Shown here: piece after piece, positions 1 to 8,992 of the stretch
How positions within the stretch are numbered: position 1 is the first letter of the stretch
Layout of the letters: every line of letters starts with the position of its first letter
Origin: a virus
Taxonomy: Duplodnaviria; Caudoviricetes
Length of the DNA: 35,552 nt
IMG/VR virus record: IMGVR_UViG_3300030406_000090
Span: 1 to 35,552 of that record
Reading direction: 5' to 3' (one strand)
The notes under the pieces: generated by a model
The model's database searches: none
Seen by the model: the letters and a program-made list of their open reading frames with translations, nothing else
What the model was told of the DNA's origin: nothing
Made by a program: the position numbers and the translations under genes

Positions 1-372
1 GGGCAGTTAGCCGGGTATGCCAAGGCTGCTGGCAAGAAAGCTGGTGGCTGGTGGGTTGTCAACAAAGCTAACGGAGACTTCAAATATGTACCAGCTACAG
101 GACTAGACGTAGACAAAGAGGTACAGAACATTGAAGATAATATCAACCGTGCTATGGGGGATACGTTAGTCAGATGCTTTGAGCCTGAGAAAGAAACTTT
201 CAACGGTAAAGAGACAGGTAACCTTGTACTGAATAAAAACTGCACGTTCTGTTCTTACAAACATGCTTGCTGGCCTAAGATGGTAGAACTACCTGCCGTT
301 AAGTCCAAAGCAAAAGACCCTAAGATTGTATCTTACATTGAACTAAGAAAGGAGTATAGAAATGCAGGATGA
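1..372 (+). CDS. Cas4/AddB-like PD-(D/E)XK exonuclease, C-terminal part (5'-truncated by window)
   Basis: Frame 1 is open from base 1 (GQLAGYAKAAGKKAGGWWVVNK...). It has the QxxxY motif and a C-terminal CxxCxYxxxC (NCTFCSYKHAC) Fe-S ligand cluster. The track start at 154 is internal. Confidence 0.75.
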   Translation, partial: GQLAGYAKAAGKKAGGWWVVNKANGDFKYVPATGLDVDKEVQNIEDNINRAMGDTLVRCFEPEKETFNGKETGNLVLNKNCTFCSYKHACWPKMVELPAVKSKAKDPKIVSYIELRKEYRNAG

Positions 373-562
373 ATTACAGGAACTATTAGACCAGATTAAA
401 GAAGCAGAGGCACATCTCGCAGAACTTCGTAAAGAGTATCGTGAGAAGCGCACTGCTGGTCTAAGAGCAGCCATTGAAGCACGTAACGAAGCAGACGCTA
501 TGATACGTGAAGAGATGAAAGCTATGGGTTACAGTGGCCTTACGTGGAGAAACCTACGGTAA
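362..562 (+). CDS. Hypothetical coiled-coil protein, 66 aa
   Basis: AAGGAG SD upstream, helical charged sequence, TAATG coupling to the next gene. Confidence 0.75.
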   Translation: MQDELQELLDQIKEAEAHLAELRKEYREKRTAGLRAAIEARNEADAMIREEMKAMGYSGLTWRNLR

Positions 563-1023
563 TGCCACCAAACTTCAAACAATTTAAAGCGGCACGAAAG
601 TATGGATATCGTAGCGGCCTTGAACTCAAGATTGCAGAGACACTCAAAGAGTTAAAGGTCAAATATGATTACGAGTGTATCAAGATAGAATGGGAAGACC
701 TTGCCTATCGTACATACACACCAGACTTCGTGCTGTTTAACGGAATTATTATCGAAACTAAGGGCATGTTTACTGCTGCTGACAGACGTAAACACCTTGC
801 AATCAAGAAGCAGCATCCTAAGTTAGACATACGATTTGTGTTTGAAAATAGCAGACGTAAGCTACGTAAGGGTGCTAAGTCCTCATACGCTGAGTGGTGC
901 ATTAAGTATGGATTTAGTTACTATGACCGCATTATTCCAGAGGATTGGCTGAAAGAAAAGGGCAAGAACAAACATCCTAAGTTTATTAAGTTTACGGGAA
1001 CGAAAGTAAAAAGGAGCAGATAG
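562..1023 (+). CDS. T7 gp3-like endonuclease I (Holliday junction resolvase)
   Basis: YRSGLE...YTPDF...IIETKG...KH...HP.LDIRFVF...YAEWC.K.GF motifs. ATG at 562 overlaps the upstream TAA. Confidence 0.92.
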   Translation: MPPNFKQFKAARKYGYRSGLELKIAETLKELKVKYDYECIKIEWEDLAYRTYTPDFVLFNGIIIETKGMFTAADRRKHLAIKKQHPKLDIRFVFENSRRKLRKGAKSSYAEWCIKYGFSYYDRIIPEDWLKEKGKNKHPKFIKFTGTKVKRSR

Positions 1024-1024
1024 C

Positions 1025-1378
1025 ATGGACGAAAATGAAATGAAGATGAAGTCTGAAGATTTCCTAATAAGAGTAAGACCATTTAAAGATACAGACGGGT
1101 CATGGAACGGTGACATAGATTTATCTATTATTACACAACCTGCTAACGATTTACCTGACGAGGACTATAATCAGGTTATGCACTTCTGTAAGATGATGGC
1201 ATCAACTGTGCCTCTTATGGAGAGAGATGAAGAACTAAGAGATATGGTACATAATTTTGTTGTAGAACATGTTGACAAAGAGTACGTTATTGAGGTAGAC
1301 TCAAAGCCACGTGTTATTGACAGAGAAGATAACGTAGTTACTATTGACTTTGGAACCAGAACAAAAGGAAGTGCATGA
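1025..1378 (+). CDS. Hypothetical phage protein, 117 aa
   Basis: AGGAG SD, tight packing, acidic sequence with C-terminal NVVTIDF. Confidence 0.75.
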   Translation: MDENEMKMKSEDFLIRVRPFKDTDGSWNGDIDLSIITQPANDLPDEDYNQVMHFCKMMASTVPLMERDEELRDMVHNFVVEHVDKEYVIEVDSKPRVIDREDNVVTIDFGTRTKGSA

Positions 1379-1668
1379 TGACAAGTTACAAGAATATTAT
1401 GGAAAAGATTGAGCGAGAGGCAAAGGAAGCATATGCTGGTGTTGATATGGTCAATAGCCCACCACACTACAATGAAGCAGGTGTTGAATGTATTGATGCT
1501 ATTGCCGCTGCATTAGGTGAAGGTTTTGAGTTTTATCTACAAGGTAATATCATGAAGTATCTGTGGCGTTATCGTTACAAGAATGGCTCTGAAGACTTGA
1601 AGAAAGCCAGTTGGTATCTTGACAAGTTAATTACCGAAGTCGAGGGCTGTTACGATGATGAGAGTTAA
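1375..1668 (+). CDS. DUF3310 / T7 gp1.7-like nucleotide kinase family protein
   Basis: DMVNSPPHY...ECIDAI...GNIMKYLWRY..KNG.EDLKKA.WYL signature. Confidence 0.88.
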   Translation: MMTSYKNIMEKIEREAKEAYAGVDMVNSPPHYNEAGVECIDAIAAALGEGFEFYLQGNIMKYLWRYRYKNGSEDLKKASWYLDKLITEVEGCYDDES

Positions 1669-1816
1669 AGTCTTCATCACCATTGACGTAGACCCAGATG
1701 AATATCCTGTACCTGCTGATGAGAATGTGGGAGAGGAAATAGAAGAAGGTATCCGTGAATACTTTTATGACATTGACGGAGCAACAATAAAAAACATTAA
1801 GCACATACAGGAGTGA
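1655..1816 (+). CDS. Small acidic hypothetical protein, 53 aa (not in ORF track)
   Basis: Read manually: MMRVKVFITIDVDPDEYPVPADENVGEEIEEGIREYFYDIDGATIKNIKHIQE*. GAGG upstream; exactly fills the gap to nrdJ. Confidence 0.75.
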   Translation: MMRVKVFITIDVDPDEYPVPADENVGEEIEEGIREYFYDIDGATIKNIKHIQE

Positions 1817-1820
1817 CCCT

Positions 1821-3764
1821 ATGATAAGTAATCATTTACCTACAGATTATCAGAACTTTATTGCTCTGTCTCGCTATGCAAGATGGAAAGAGGATGAGCA
1901 AAGACGTGAGACATGGCCTGAAACAGTGTCACGTTACTTTGATTATATGACTGTTCATCTAAAGAAGAAACACAAGTATACACTTTCTAATGAATTACGC
2001 ACAGAGTTAGAGACTGCTGTGCTTGACCAACACATCATGCCAAGCATGAGAGCCTTGATGACATCTGGTCCTGCACTGGACCGTTGCCATGTAGGTGGAT
2101 ACAATTGCTCATACGTACCTGTGGATAGCCCACGTGCGTTTGATGAGACAATGTACATACTCATGTGTGGCACAGGTGTAGGCTTCTCTGTTGAACGACA
2201 CAACATTGAGAAGCTACCAATCGTCAACGAAGATATGCATCCTACAGATACTATCATTAAAGTTGGCGATTCACGTCCGGGCTGGGCCAAGTCACTACGG
2301 GAACTTATTGCTATGCTGTACGCTGGTCAGATTCCTAAGTGGGATGTATCAGAGGTACGCCCCGCAGGTGCAAGGCTCAAGACATTTGGTGGTAGAGCCA
2401 GTGGCCCAGCCCCTCTTGAAGAACTCTTTGAGTTTTGCATAGAGAAGTTTAAGGCAGCATCAGGCCGTAGATTGTTTCCTGTTGAATGTCACGACATCAT
2501 GTGTAAGATTGGTGAGGTTGTAGTTGTCGGTGGGGTCAGACGCAGCGCACTCATCAGCCTATCAAACCTGAATGATGACCAGATGGCTCATGCAAAATCA
2601 GGTCAATGGTGGGAAAATGAAGGACAACGTGCGCTTGCAAACAACAGCGTTGCCTACAAAGGTAAGCCACAGATGGGTACATTCATGCGTGAATGGCTGT
2701 CACTGTATGAAAGTAAGTCAGGTGAGCGTGGTATATTTAATCGCAAGTCTGCACAGGTGCAAGCAGCTAAGAATGGACGTAGAGATGCGGAACAAGATTT
2801 CGGATGTAACCCCTGTTCTGAAATTATCTTGCGTCCTTATCAGTTCTGTAACTTGTCTGAGGTTGTTGTACGTGAAACAGATACGCAACAGACACTAACA
2901 GAGAAGGTGCGCTTGGCTACAATACTAGGTACGTTCCAATCTACTTTGACTGACTTCAAATACCTGCGTAGTGTATGGAAGAAGAACACAGAAGAAGAAC
3001 GTCTGCTTGGTGTATCACTCACTGGTATTATGGATAACCAGTTGACAGCAGGTCGCTCTGCTCATCTGGGTATAAACATTGGACAGACTCTTGAGGCATT
3101 AAAAGATGTAGCTATAGATGCTAATAAATCTATGGCTAAACAGTTAAAGATACCACAGTCCACTGCTATCACATGTGTTAAGCCATCCGGTACAGTGTCA
3201 CAGTTGGTAGACAGTGCATCAGGTATACATGCCCGTCACAATCCGTACTACATCCGTACTGTTCGTGGAGATAACAAAGACCCATTGACACAGTTTATGG
3301 TAGCACAAGGTATCCCGGCAGAGCCTGACGTAATGAAGCCAGATAGCACTACAGTATTTAGCTTCCCAATGCGTTCACCTGCACGTGCCGTAACACGCAC
3401 CGCTATGTCTGCTATTGAACAGCTTGAGTTGTGGCTTATGTATCAGCGTTACTGGTGTGAACACAAGCCATCTGTAACAATCTCTGTAAAAGAAGAAGAG
3501 TGGATGGATGTAGGCTCATGGGTATACAAACACTTTGATGAAGTGTCAGGCATCAGCTTCCTGCCGTTCAGTGAGCATACATATAAGCAAGCACCTTATC
3601 AGGATTGCACTGAGGAAGAGTACAAAGAGATGAAAGCACAAATGCCTACATCAATTGATTGGTCTGCATTGCGAGAGTTTGAGAAGGAAGACACTACATC
3701 AGGTGGGCGTGAGTTAGCCTGCACTGCAGGGGTATGTGAAGTGGTTGACTTGACTGCTGCATAA
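1821..3764 (+). CDS. nrdJ: Class II adenosylcobalamin-dependent ribonucleotide reductase, monomeric RTPR type
   Basis: NCSY, GTGVGFSVE, VVVGGVRRSALI, NPCSEI (thiyl Cys), CNLSEV, TCVKPSGTVSQL and C-terminal CTAGVC redox pair. No beta-subunit gene is adjacent. Confidence 0.93.
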   Translation: MISNHLPTDYQNFIALSRYARWKEDEQRRETWPETVSRYFDYMTVHLKKKHKYTLSNELRTELETAVLDQHIMPSMRALMTSGPALDRCHVGGYNCSYVPVDSPRAFDETMYILMCGTGVGFSVERHNIEKLPIVNEDMHPTDTIIKVGDSRPGWAKSLRELIAMLYAGQIPKWDVSEVRPAGARLKTFGGRASGPAPLEELFEFCIEKFKAASGRRLFPVECHDIMCKIGEVVVVGGVRRSALISLSNLNDDQMAHAKSGQWWENEGQRALANNSVAYKGKPQMGTFMREWLSLYESKSGERGIFNRKSAQVQAAKNGRRDAEQDFGCNPCSEIILRPYQFCNLSEVVVRETDTQQTLTEKVRLATILGTFQSTLTDFKYLRSVWKKNTEEERLLGVSLTGIMDNQLTAGRSAHLGINIGQTLEALKDVAIDANKSMAKQLKIPQSTAITCVKPSGTVSQLVDSASGIHARHNPYYIRTVRGDNKDPLTQFMVAQGIPAEPDVMKPDSTTVFSFPMRSPARAVTRTAMSAIEQLELWLMYQRYWCEHKPSVTISVKEEEWMDVGSWVYKHFDEVSGISFLPFSEHTYKQAPYQDCTEEEYKEMKAQMPTSIDWSALREFEKEDTTSGGRELACTAGVCEVVDLTAA

Positions 3765-3889
3765 TGATAGAGTGTAGTGGATTAGACTTGTTATGGTGGC
3801 AGTGGTGGATACTTGTAATGATTACAACAAACACCCTGCTTAATTTAGTAGTGTTCTTTAAACACAGATTTAGAAAGGAAAAAACGTGA
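3764..3889 (+). CDS. Small Trp-rich single-TM membrane protein, 41 aa (not in ORF track)
   Basis: MIECSGLDLLWWQWWILVMITTNTLLNLVVFFKHRFRKEKT*. TAATG overlap with nrdJ, GTGA overlap with the next gene, hydrophobic core followed by a basic tail. Confidence 0.7.
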   Translation: MIECSGLDLLWWQWWILVMITTNTLLNLVVFFKHRFRKEKT

Positions 3890-4131
3890 GTATAAAAAAT
3901 GTTATGATAAACGCAACCCGTTCTTATTTACTAGGCGGTGTAAATAAACATCTTGCTAATATAGAGGTGTATATGAATCAAACTGTAGGCATTGGAGAAC
4001 ACTCTGATGTTATAGAAACTATAGACTTAGAACTTGACAAAGCTGCTTCTTATCATGATAAGTTAGAGATACTAACAAAGTATTTTCCACTTGAACAGAC
4101 AGAGGAGAAAACAGATGACAATGAAACCTAA
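3886..4131 (+). CDS. Conserved-looking marine phage hypothetical protein, 81 aa
   Basis: GTG start with AAGGA SD. The H.ANIEVY...VGIGEH.D motif is one I recognise from marine phage hypotheticals. Confidence 0.72.
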   Translation: MSIKNVMINATRSYLLGGVNKHLANIEVYMNQTVGIGEHSDVIETIDLELDKAASYHDKLEILTKYFPLEQTEEKTDDNET

Positions 4132-4549
4132 TACAGAAGACCGTAAGAAGTTTGACCTTGACCTACAGTATGGTGAGGTACGTGAACAAATGGTAGCTGA
4201 CATGCTACAGAACAAAAAGATAGAGGTTAAATCAGAACGAGATGTATGGCAGCGAACTGGAAACATTGCTATTGAGTATGAGTGCTACGGCAAGCCTAGT
4301 GGTATCAATGCCACTGAATCAGATTATTGGTTTCATAACTTGTGTATTGGTGAAGATACCTTTGCCACATTGGTTTTTGATACAAAGAGTCTAAAGCGTA
4401 TTATCGACAAGTTAGACTATAAGAAGTCAGTGTCTGGTGGAGATAACAATGCATCACGTATGTATCTGCTTAATCTGCAGAAGCTATTTTCCTCTGATGT
4501 AATAAAGGCATTTAAGGATGAAACAGATGGACTTAGAAACGCAAGCTAA
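4115..4549 (+). CDS. Hypothetical protein with PD-(D/E)XK-like nuclease motif
   Basis: ATG at 4115 follows GAGGAG. FD.DL..G...E...IEVKSE...TGNIAIE...GKPSGI..T..DYW pattern. Confidence 0.65.
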   Translation: MTMKPNTEDRKKFDLDLQYGEVREQMVADMLQNKKIEVKSERDVWQRTGNIAIEYECYGKPSGINATESDYWFHNLCIGEDTFATLVFDTKSLKRIIDKLDYKKSVSGGDNNASRMYLLNLQKLFSSDVIKAFKDETDGLRNAS

Positions 4550-4907
4550 ACAATGGATGAAGGAGAAGTACAAAGACATGGAGATGAATGAATATCAACG
4601 TAAGTCTATTGAGTTTGCCATCTATCCAGCCACGCACAGGATACTTTATCCTGCGCTTGGTTTGGCTGGTGAAGCAGGTGAGGTTGCTAACAAGGTAAAG
4701 AAGTTTATCAGGGATGGTGCTGACAAGGAAGCATTTGAAGTAAAGAAACTTGAGATAGCAGCGGAGATTGGTGATGTTCTATGGTACTGCGCTAATCTGG
4801 CAAATGACTTGGGTATCAATCTTTCTGATATTGCTAGTGAGAATTACTCTAAATTGTCAGGACGAAGTAAGCGAGGCACACTTGGGGGTGATGGAGATAA
4901 TAGGTAG
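4518..4907 (+). CDS. mazG: MazG-like NTP pyrophosphohydrolase
   Basis: YQ...YPALGLAGEAGEVANKVKK...EIGDVLWY...N..KL..R...G.GDNR. Confidence 0.9.
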   Translation: MKQMDLETQAKQWMKEKYKDMEMNEYQRKSIEFAIYPATHRILYPALGLAGEAGEVANKVKKFIRDGADKEAFEVKKLEIAAEIGDVLWYCANLANDLGINLSDIASENYSKLSGRSKRGTLGGDGDNR

Positions 4908-5043
4908 GATACTTATGTATCTTATATTAGGTGTCATAACTATGTGGCTAGGCTATGTATTTAGCATGGCTGTTATTAACACTGTATGCGAGTGCATACG
5001 TACAGGACCGGGAGATGTATGGATATGGTTGAACTCGGATTAA
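4891..5043 (+). CDS. Small membrane protein, about 50 aa
   Basis: ATG at 4891 after GGGGGTG. MEIIGRILMYLILGVITMWLGYVFSMAVINTVCECIR... has one long hydrophobic segment. The track start at 4768 lies inside mazG. Confidence 0.6.
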   Translation: MEIIGRILMYLILGVITMWLGYVFSMAVINTVCECIRTGPGDVWIWLNSD

Positions 5044-5099
5044 TATGGATAGGATATCTACTGTTCCTATACTACGTGGATAAAAACTTGGGGGCTTAA
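5019..5099 (+). CDS. Putative 26-aa single-TM peptide (not in ORF track)
   Basis: GGAG at 5011-5014. MDMVELGLIWIGYLLFLYYVDKNLGA*, stop TAA at 5097-5099. Confidence 0.45.
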   Translation: MDMVELGLIWIGYLLFLYYVDKNLGA

Positions 5100-5117
5100 C
5101 GGCCCCCCTGCTTTCTT
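5081..5117. terminator. Bidirectional intrinsic terminator between the two genome arms
   Basis: GGGGGC (5090-5095), loop TTAACG, GCCCCC (5102-5107). TAAAAA on the left and CTTTCTT on the right. Sits exactly at the strand switch. Confidence 0.7.
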
Positions 5118-8100
5118 AGTAATACTTTACCAATTTTATGTAGTGACTCTAGGTCTTCAAAGTCATTGATGTTTGCTACATCAGGCTCTTTATTCTTTTG
5201 CAGTACAAACTGTGATATAGCCTGTGTGCGTATGTCGGGTGGTAATCTTCTAAACTTTATCAATGCTGATGTGTAAGCAGGTGCTTTAGCAGACAGCTTC
5301 TTTTGTTCTGTTATGTCACGCTTTATCTTACCTATCTGTTTAGTAATTAGAGGCTTGACATTCTGCAACACAAACTCTTCTTCTGTATACTTTTTCTTCA
5401 CAGCATCTCTGGCAAACTTGTATTGTATACGCAATTGTTTTTCTCGTGTACGTGCTACAGATACAATTTCAGGTATGACCTCTCGTAATGTTTGATTCTC
5501 AAACCTACGAATGCTAGGCACACGAGAGTTACTTCCCAACATAAACTCAGACAGACCTAGCTTTTTGATGTATTCACCTTCTGCTGAGTCAGCCTCACTG
5601 AAGGACAGACCGCCAATTACACGAGCAAATGGATACACACGTTCTGCATCCTCTTTGAACAAGAACTCACGTGGTGGTAACTTAGCTTCTTCTTCAGGAG
5701 AGATTGTAAAACCACGTTGTTTAAATGGTCTGTTTATCTCGTGCTTAAATGTACTCCACGCATTAAGTGTTGGGTCATCGGCAACATCTTTATACTCTAA
5801 CCCTCTTCCCCCTGTAGCACGTTGTGTCTCTATAACCTGTGCAAAAGGCACAGCCCAAGAAGATAAATAATTTCCTATTGCCCTACCAAAACCTTTAGCT
5901 GCTCTTTCAGATGCGGTAATATCACTACCCGCAACAATATCTAATATCTCACGACTAATGCCAGCACCTACACCTGTTCGTATATTTGTACCTAAGAAAG
6001 TTTCGTTAAACTCTTTACTATCAAAAAACTCATCAAATGTGCCCTCTTGTAAACGCTTGGTTGCTTCACCTATATATAAAAACTGTCTCATAGGATATTG
6101 TGTGGTTGTATCAATAACATTACCATCATCAGCAGTCATAAACTTATAATCTGCAGGAGCATCAGGCATCATTCTATACTGATAAGCAGCACCAAATATA
6201 CCTATTGATAGTAAGTCATCACCTATCTGTTCCTGATTAGACGCATCGTCATCCAATGCAGCACCTATTGCTGCTGGCAATAGTGGTGCAGATGCACCCA
6301 TGCCTACAAGGTTACGAGATATACGCTGTCTATCTTTCATAGACAACTTGCCTTTGCCTACACGTCCTAGCGTTACTATATTTGTTAACTTACGTGCTAA
6401 AGGAATAGATGCTCCACCCATATACTGACCCATTAGTTCCAAGCTATTAAACATAAAGCGAGGAAAAGGTAGTACAGTGGTCAGACCATTACGGACAATA
6501 AACTGTGACCAGTTTCTAAATATTAAAACGTCAGGTTGTTTTGCATAGGTAATATCTAAGGCTTTTTGTGTAGCTTCTTCTACTATGTTTATAAATGACC
6601 TTGCACCTTCTGGACGCACAGAACTTGCATCGTTCATAAAGTCACGAATCTTACCGTTGTTTAATGCCTCAATAAAATCTACCTTGTACTCACGCCTAAC
6701 CAATCGTTCTAATTCACCGAAGAAAGCACCCCGTCTTATCAGATGTTCCTGCCAACGGTTTGGCCCATTAAGAAACATAACCCCATCTTCTGCTGTAGAC
6801 AACACTGGGTCTAGTACATATTTACCAAACGCTGTTTTAGCTTCACCTCTACCTGTCAGCCTTTGAATTTCATTAATGTTGTTAAATAATAAGTCTGCCT
6901 GTTTTGCAATTTCAGGTTGCTGTAAGATAAAATCTACATACTCTCGTGTAGCTGTAGCGTACTCAGGTCCAAACATATATCTTAATGACCTAAAGCTATC
7001 TTTAAACCCGGCAGACAGAGGGTTAAGCTGCTTACCTGCGGCAAGTATACCTTCGTTAGATAGACTCCACAGGGCATTGTCCATTACGTTACCAATACCT
7101 TCTAGTGGCGCACGTATACCTGCAGATGTTAAGTTACGTGCAGCAGTAGCAAGCTGTGAAACCATGCCCCCTCTACGTATATTTTCTATACGCATTACAG
7201 TTTTACGGATAGCACCTTGAGCCTGTGCAGTAGCTGCTTCTTTTGCAGCATCTAATTCATTACCCGGTCTTGCACGTTTAATCTGCGATAGCTTGTTTAA
7301 CACTTTACCTGCGGTAGAACCTGAACCTACAATAGCAAGAACATAATCCTCATATGACACACCATATTTGTTTAACATGTCAAGCAGTTCATCGCCAGCC
7401 AGTAAGTCTTTGTTAACTGTCAAGTCAAACAGATGGTCAATTATAGTATACTCTTTGCCTTTACGTGGACCATATTCCCATACTCTCGGTTTAAACGCAT
7501 CAGGGTTGGCTTTCTTTAGGTCAGCAGCAGCAGCTACAATACCGTCAAACTTAGCTGGGTCTACAATGCCCACTACTAGAGAGTCTTTGCCTGTTGCAAG
7601 AGCAGCCAAATCATTTACAGTAACATCAGCACCACCTGTCATGCCCTTTCTTTCAGCCGACAGTATATCCTCTGTTTTCTTTTGGCCTACAGCACGTGCT
7701 TTGTCTGGGTCTATGCGTAGTCTACCTGCGTCATCTGTTAATGAGATAATCTCACCTGTCTCATCTTCAAAGGCACGTATCATATCTTCTGCAATATCAC
7801 GATTACCTTCAGCTACACGTGCAGCCTCTGCTGCCCTCTCTGTCTCCTCAATGGCAGTCATATTACGTGCTTTATTGACGTTTAGCTTTCTATTCCATTT
7901 CTTGTCAGCTTTAATCTGTGCTTTGATATCACGTGCATCACGGTCAGCCATTTCTTTGGCAACTGCAGCATCAAGGTTTTCTCGTGCAGCTTTGACTTTC
8001 TTACCTGCAATTGCTTTGTCTTTTTTAGTGGTAGCTTTTTTCTGTACCTCAATAGCTTTATTTAACTGTTCAGTAGCTTTAATGCTTTCTTTTTGTGCCT

Positions 8101-8992
8101 TTGTAGCACCAGCTAAAGGTCTTGCAATTATACCCATAGCAGGTATTGTATCTACAAATGTAAGAAAGTTAAATGCCTCATCTCCTGCACTCTCAGCAAA
8201 TTGTTCAGGAGTTTGTTTTGCACCTACTAAAGCTACATTCATAGCATCGTATACGTCTGGCATATTATCTTGCATGGTTTCTGCAATTGCTTGCATAGCA
8301 TCTTTAAATCCACCAGCAGTAACATCTAAGCCTGTACCTACGGAGTTAAGAATATTAAATCCTGATGCACCTGTATAGTCAAAAAACTTACGTAAGTAAG
8401 GTGACTCCTCTGGGTCTATGCTTGGTATAAGAACTTGCTCAATAAAATCATCTTCAGCCATGCCCTTTTCTTCAGCAGCTTCTAAGATAGTTTTGCGAGA
8501 TTCTTCTCTCTCAAACTTACTACGCTCAAGACGAGACATTTGCGTGAGCATATTGCTACGCTCCGCATCCATTCTTTTTCCAATATCATTAAAGATTATT
8601 TGACGAGTAGGTGGGGTAGGTATAAGGCCACCGTCCTTTTGAACTTTGTAACCCGGATTATCTGGGTCATCTATAATACCTAGTTCAACAGCACGTGGCA
8701 CATCAGTAAGCTGACCATCCTCATCAAACAGGTCAGCATACTCACTTTGATAATAGAACTGCAACTCTTCTTGCGTCAGTTCAGGTTCTTCTTCTACTTC
8801 AGGTACAGCTTCAGGTATATCTGTTATAGCTTGTACTTCAACTTCTGCCCTATCTATAACAGGAGCAGAGTCAAGAATAGACATAAAATCTTTTTTATCC
8901 TCATCGTCCTGCATAGGAGATGTAGGCATAGCGGGTGAAGGTGGAGAAGAAACAGGCACACCTTCTAGTATGTCCATAAAATCTTTTTGCAT
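5096..8992 (-). CDS. Large internal virion (ejection) protein, 1298 aa
   Basis: Long, helical ORF at the end of the structural arm, where podoviruses place their largest ejection protein. A PFPRF motif is present. No catalytic domain recognised. Confidence 0.65.
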   Translation of the reverse strand: MQKDFMDILEGVPVSSPPSPAMPTSPMQDDEDKKDFMSILDSAPVIDRAEVEVQAITDIPEAVPEVEEEPELTQEELQFYYQSEYADLFDEDGQLTDVPRAVELGIIDDPDNPGYKVQKDGGLIPTPPTRQIIFNDIGKRMDAERSNMLTQMSRLERSKFEREESRKTILEAAEEKGMAEDDFIEQVLIPSIDPEESPYLRKFFDYTGASGFNILNSVGTGLDVTAGGFKDAMQAIAETMQDNMPDVYDAMNVALVGAKQTPEQFAESAGDEAFNFLTFVDTIPAMGIIARPLAGATKAQKESIKATEQLNKAIEVQKKATTKKDKAIAGKKVKAARENLDAAVAKEMADRDARDIKAQIKADKKWNRKLNVNKARNMTAIEETERAAEAARVAEGNRDIAEDMIRAFEDETGEIISLTDDAGRLRIDPDKARAVGQKKTEDILSAERKGMTGGADVTVNDLAALATGKDSLVVGIVDPAKFDGIVAAAADLKKANPDAFKPRVWEYGPRKGKEYTIIDHLFDLTVNKDLLAGDELLDMLNKYGVSYEDYVLAIVGSGSTAGKVLNKLSQIKRARPGNELDAAKEAATAQAQGAIRKTVMRIENIRRGGMVSQLATAARNLTSAGIRAPLEGIGNVMDNALWSLSNEGILAAGKQLNPLSAGFKDSFRSLRYMFGPEYATATREYVDFILQQPEIAKQADLLFNNINEIQRLTGRGEAKTAFGKYVLDPVLSTAEDGVMFLNGPNRWQEHLIRRGAFFGELERLVRREYKVDFIEALNNGKIRDFMNDASSVRPEGARSFINIVEEATQKALDITYAKQPDVLIFRNWSQFIVRNGLTTVLPFPRFMFNSLELMGQYMGGASIPLARKLTNIVTLGRVGKGKLSMKDRQRISRNLVGMGASAPLLPAAIGAALDDDASNQEQIGDDLLSIGIFGAAYQYRMMPDAPADYKFMTADDGNVIDTTTQYPMRQFLYIGEATKRLQEGTFDEFFDSKEFNETFLGTNIRTGVGAGISREILDIVAGSDITASERAAKGFGRAIGNYLSSWAVPFAQVIETQRATGGRGLEYKDVADDPTLNAWSTFKHEINRPFKQRGFTISPEEEAKLPPREFLFKEDAERVYPFARVIGGLSFSEADSAEGEYIKKLGLSEFMLGSNSRVPSIRRFENQTLREVIPEIVSVARTREKQLRIQYKFARDAVKKKYTEEEFVLQNVKPLITKQIGKIKRDITEQKKLSAKAPAYTSALIKFRRLPPDIRTQAISQFVLQKNKEPDVANINDFEDLESLHKIGKVLLRKQGGR

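Noticed and set aside
1-372. Cas4-like motif suggesting a CRISPR-Cas locus
   Set aside because: No repeat-spacer array or other cas genes. Stand-alone Cas4-like exonucleases are normal in phage replication modules.
1821-3764. Intein or intron in nrdJ, and likewise in terL
   Set aside because: Both ORFs are continuous, of ordinary length, and show no splice-junction or homing endonuclease motifs.
4768-4890. Track start of the 91-aa ORF at 4768
   Set aside because: It overlaps mazG by 140 nt. ATG 4891 has a purine-rich SD-like sequence and begins the hydrophobic segment.
5090-5107. Alternative genetic code or stop readthrough at arm ends
   Set aside because: All recognisable genes are full length in the standard bacterial code, and TAA, TAG and TGA are all used as stops.
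7368-8378. 336-aa plus-strand ORF
   Set aside because: Antisense shadow of the 1298-aa gene. The Ser/Ala/Leu-rich composition is what the reverse frame would give, and there is no SD or motif.
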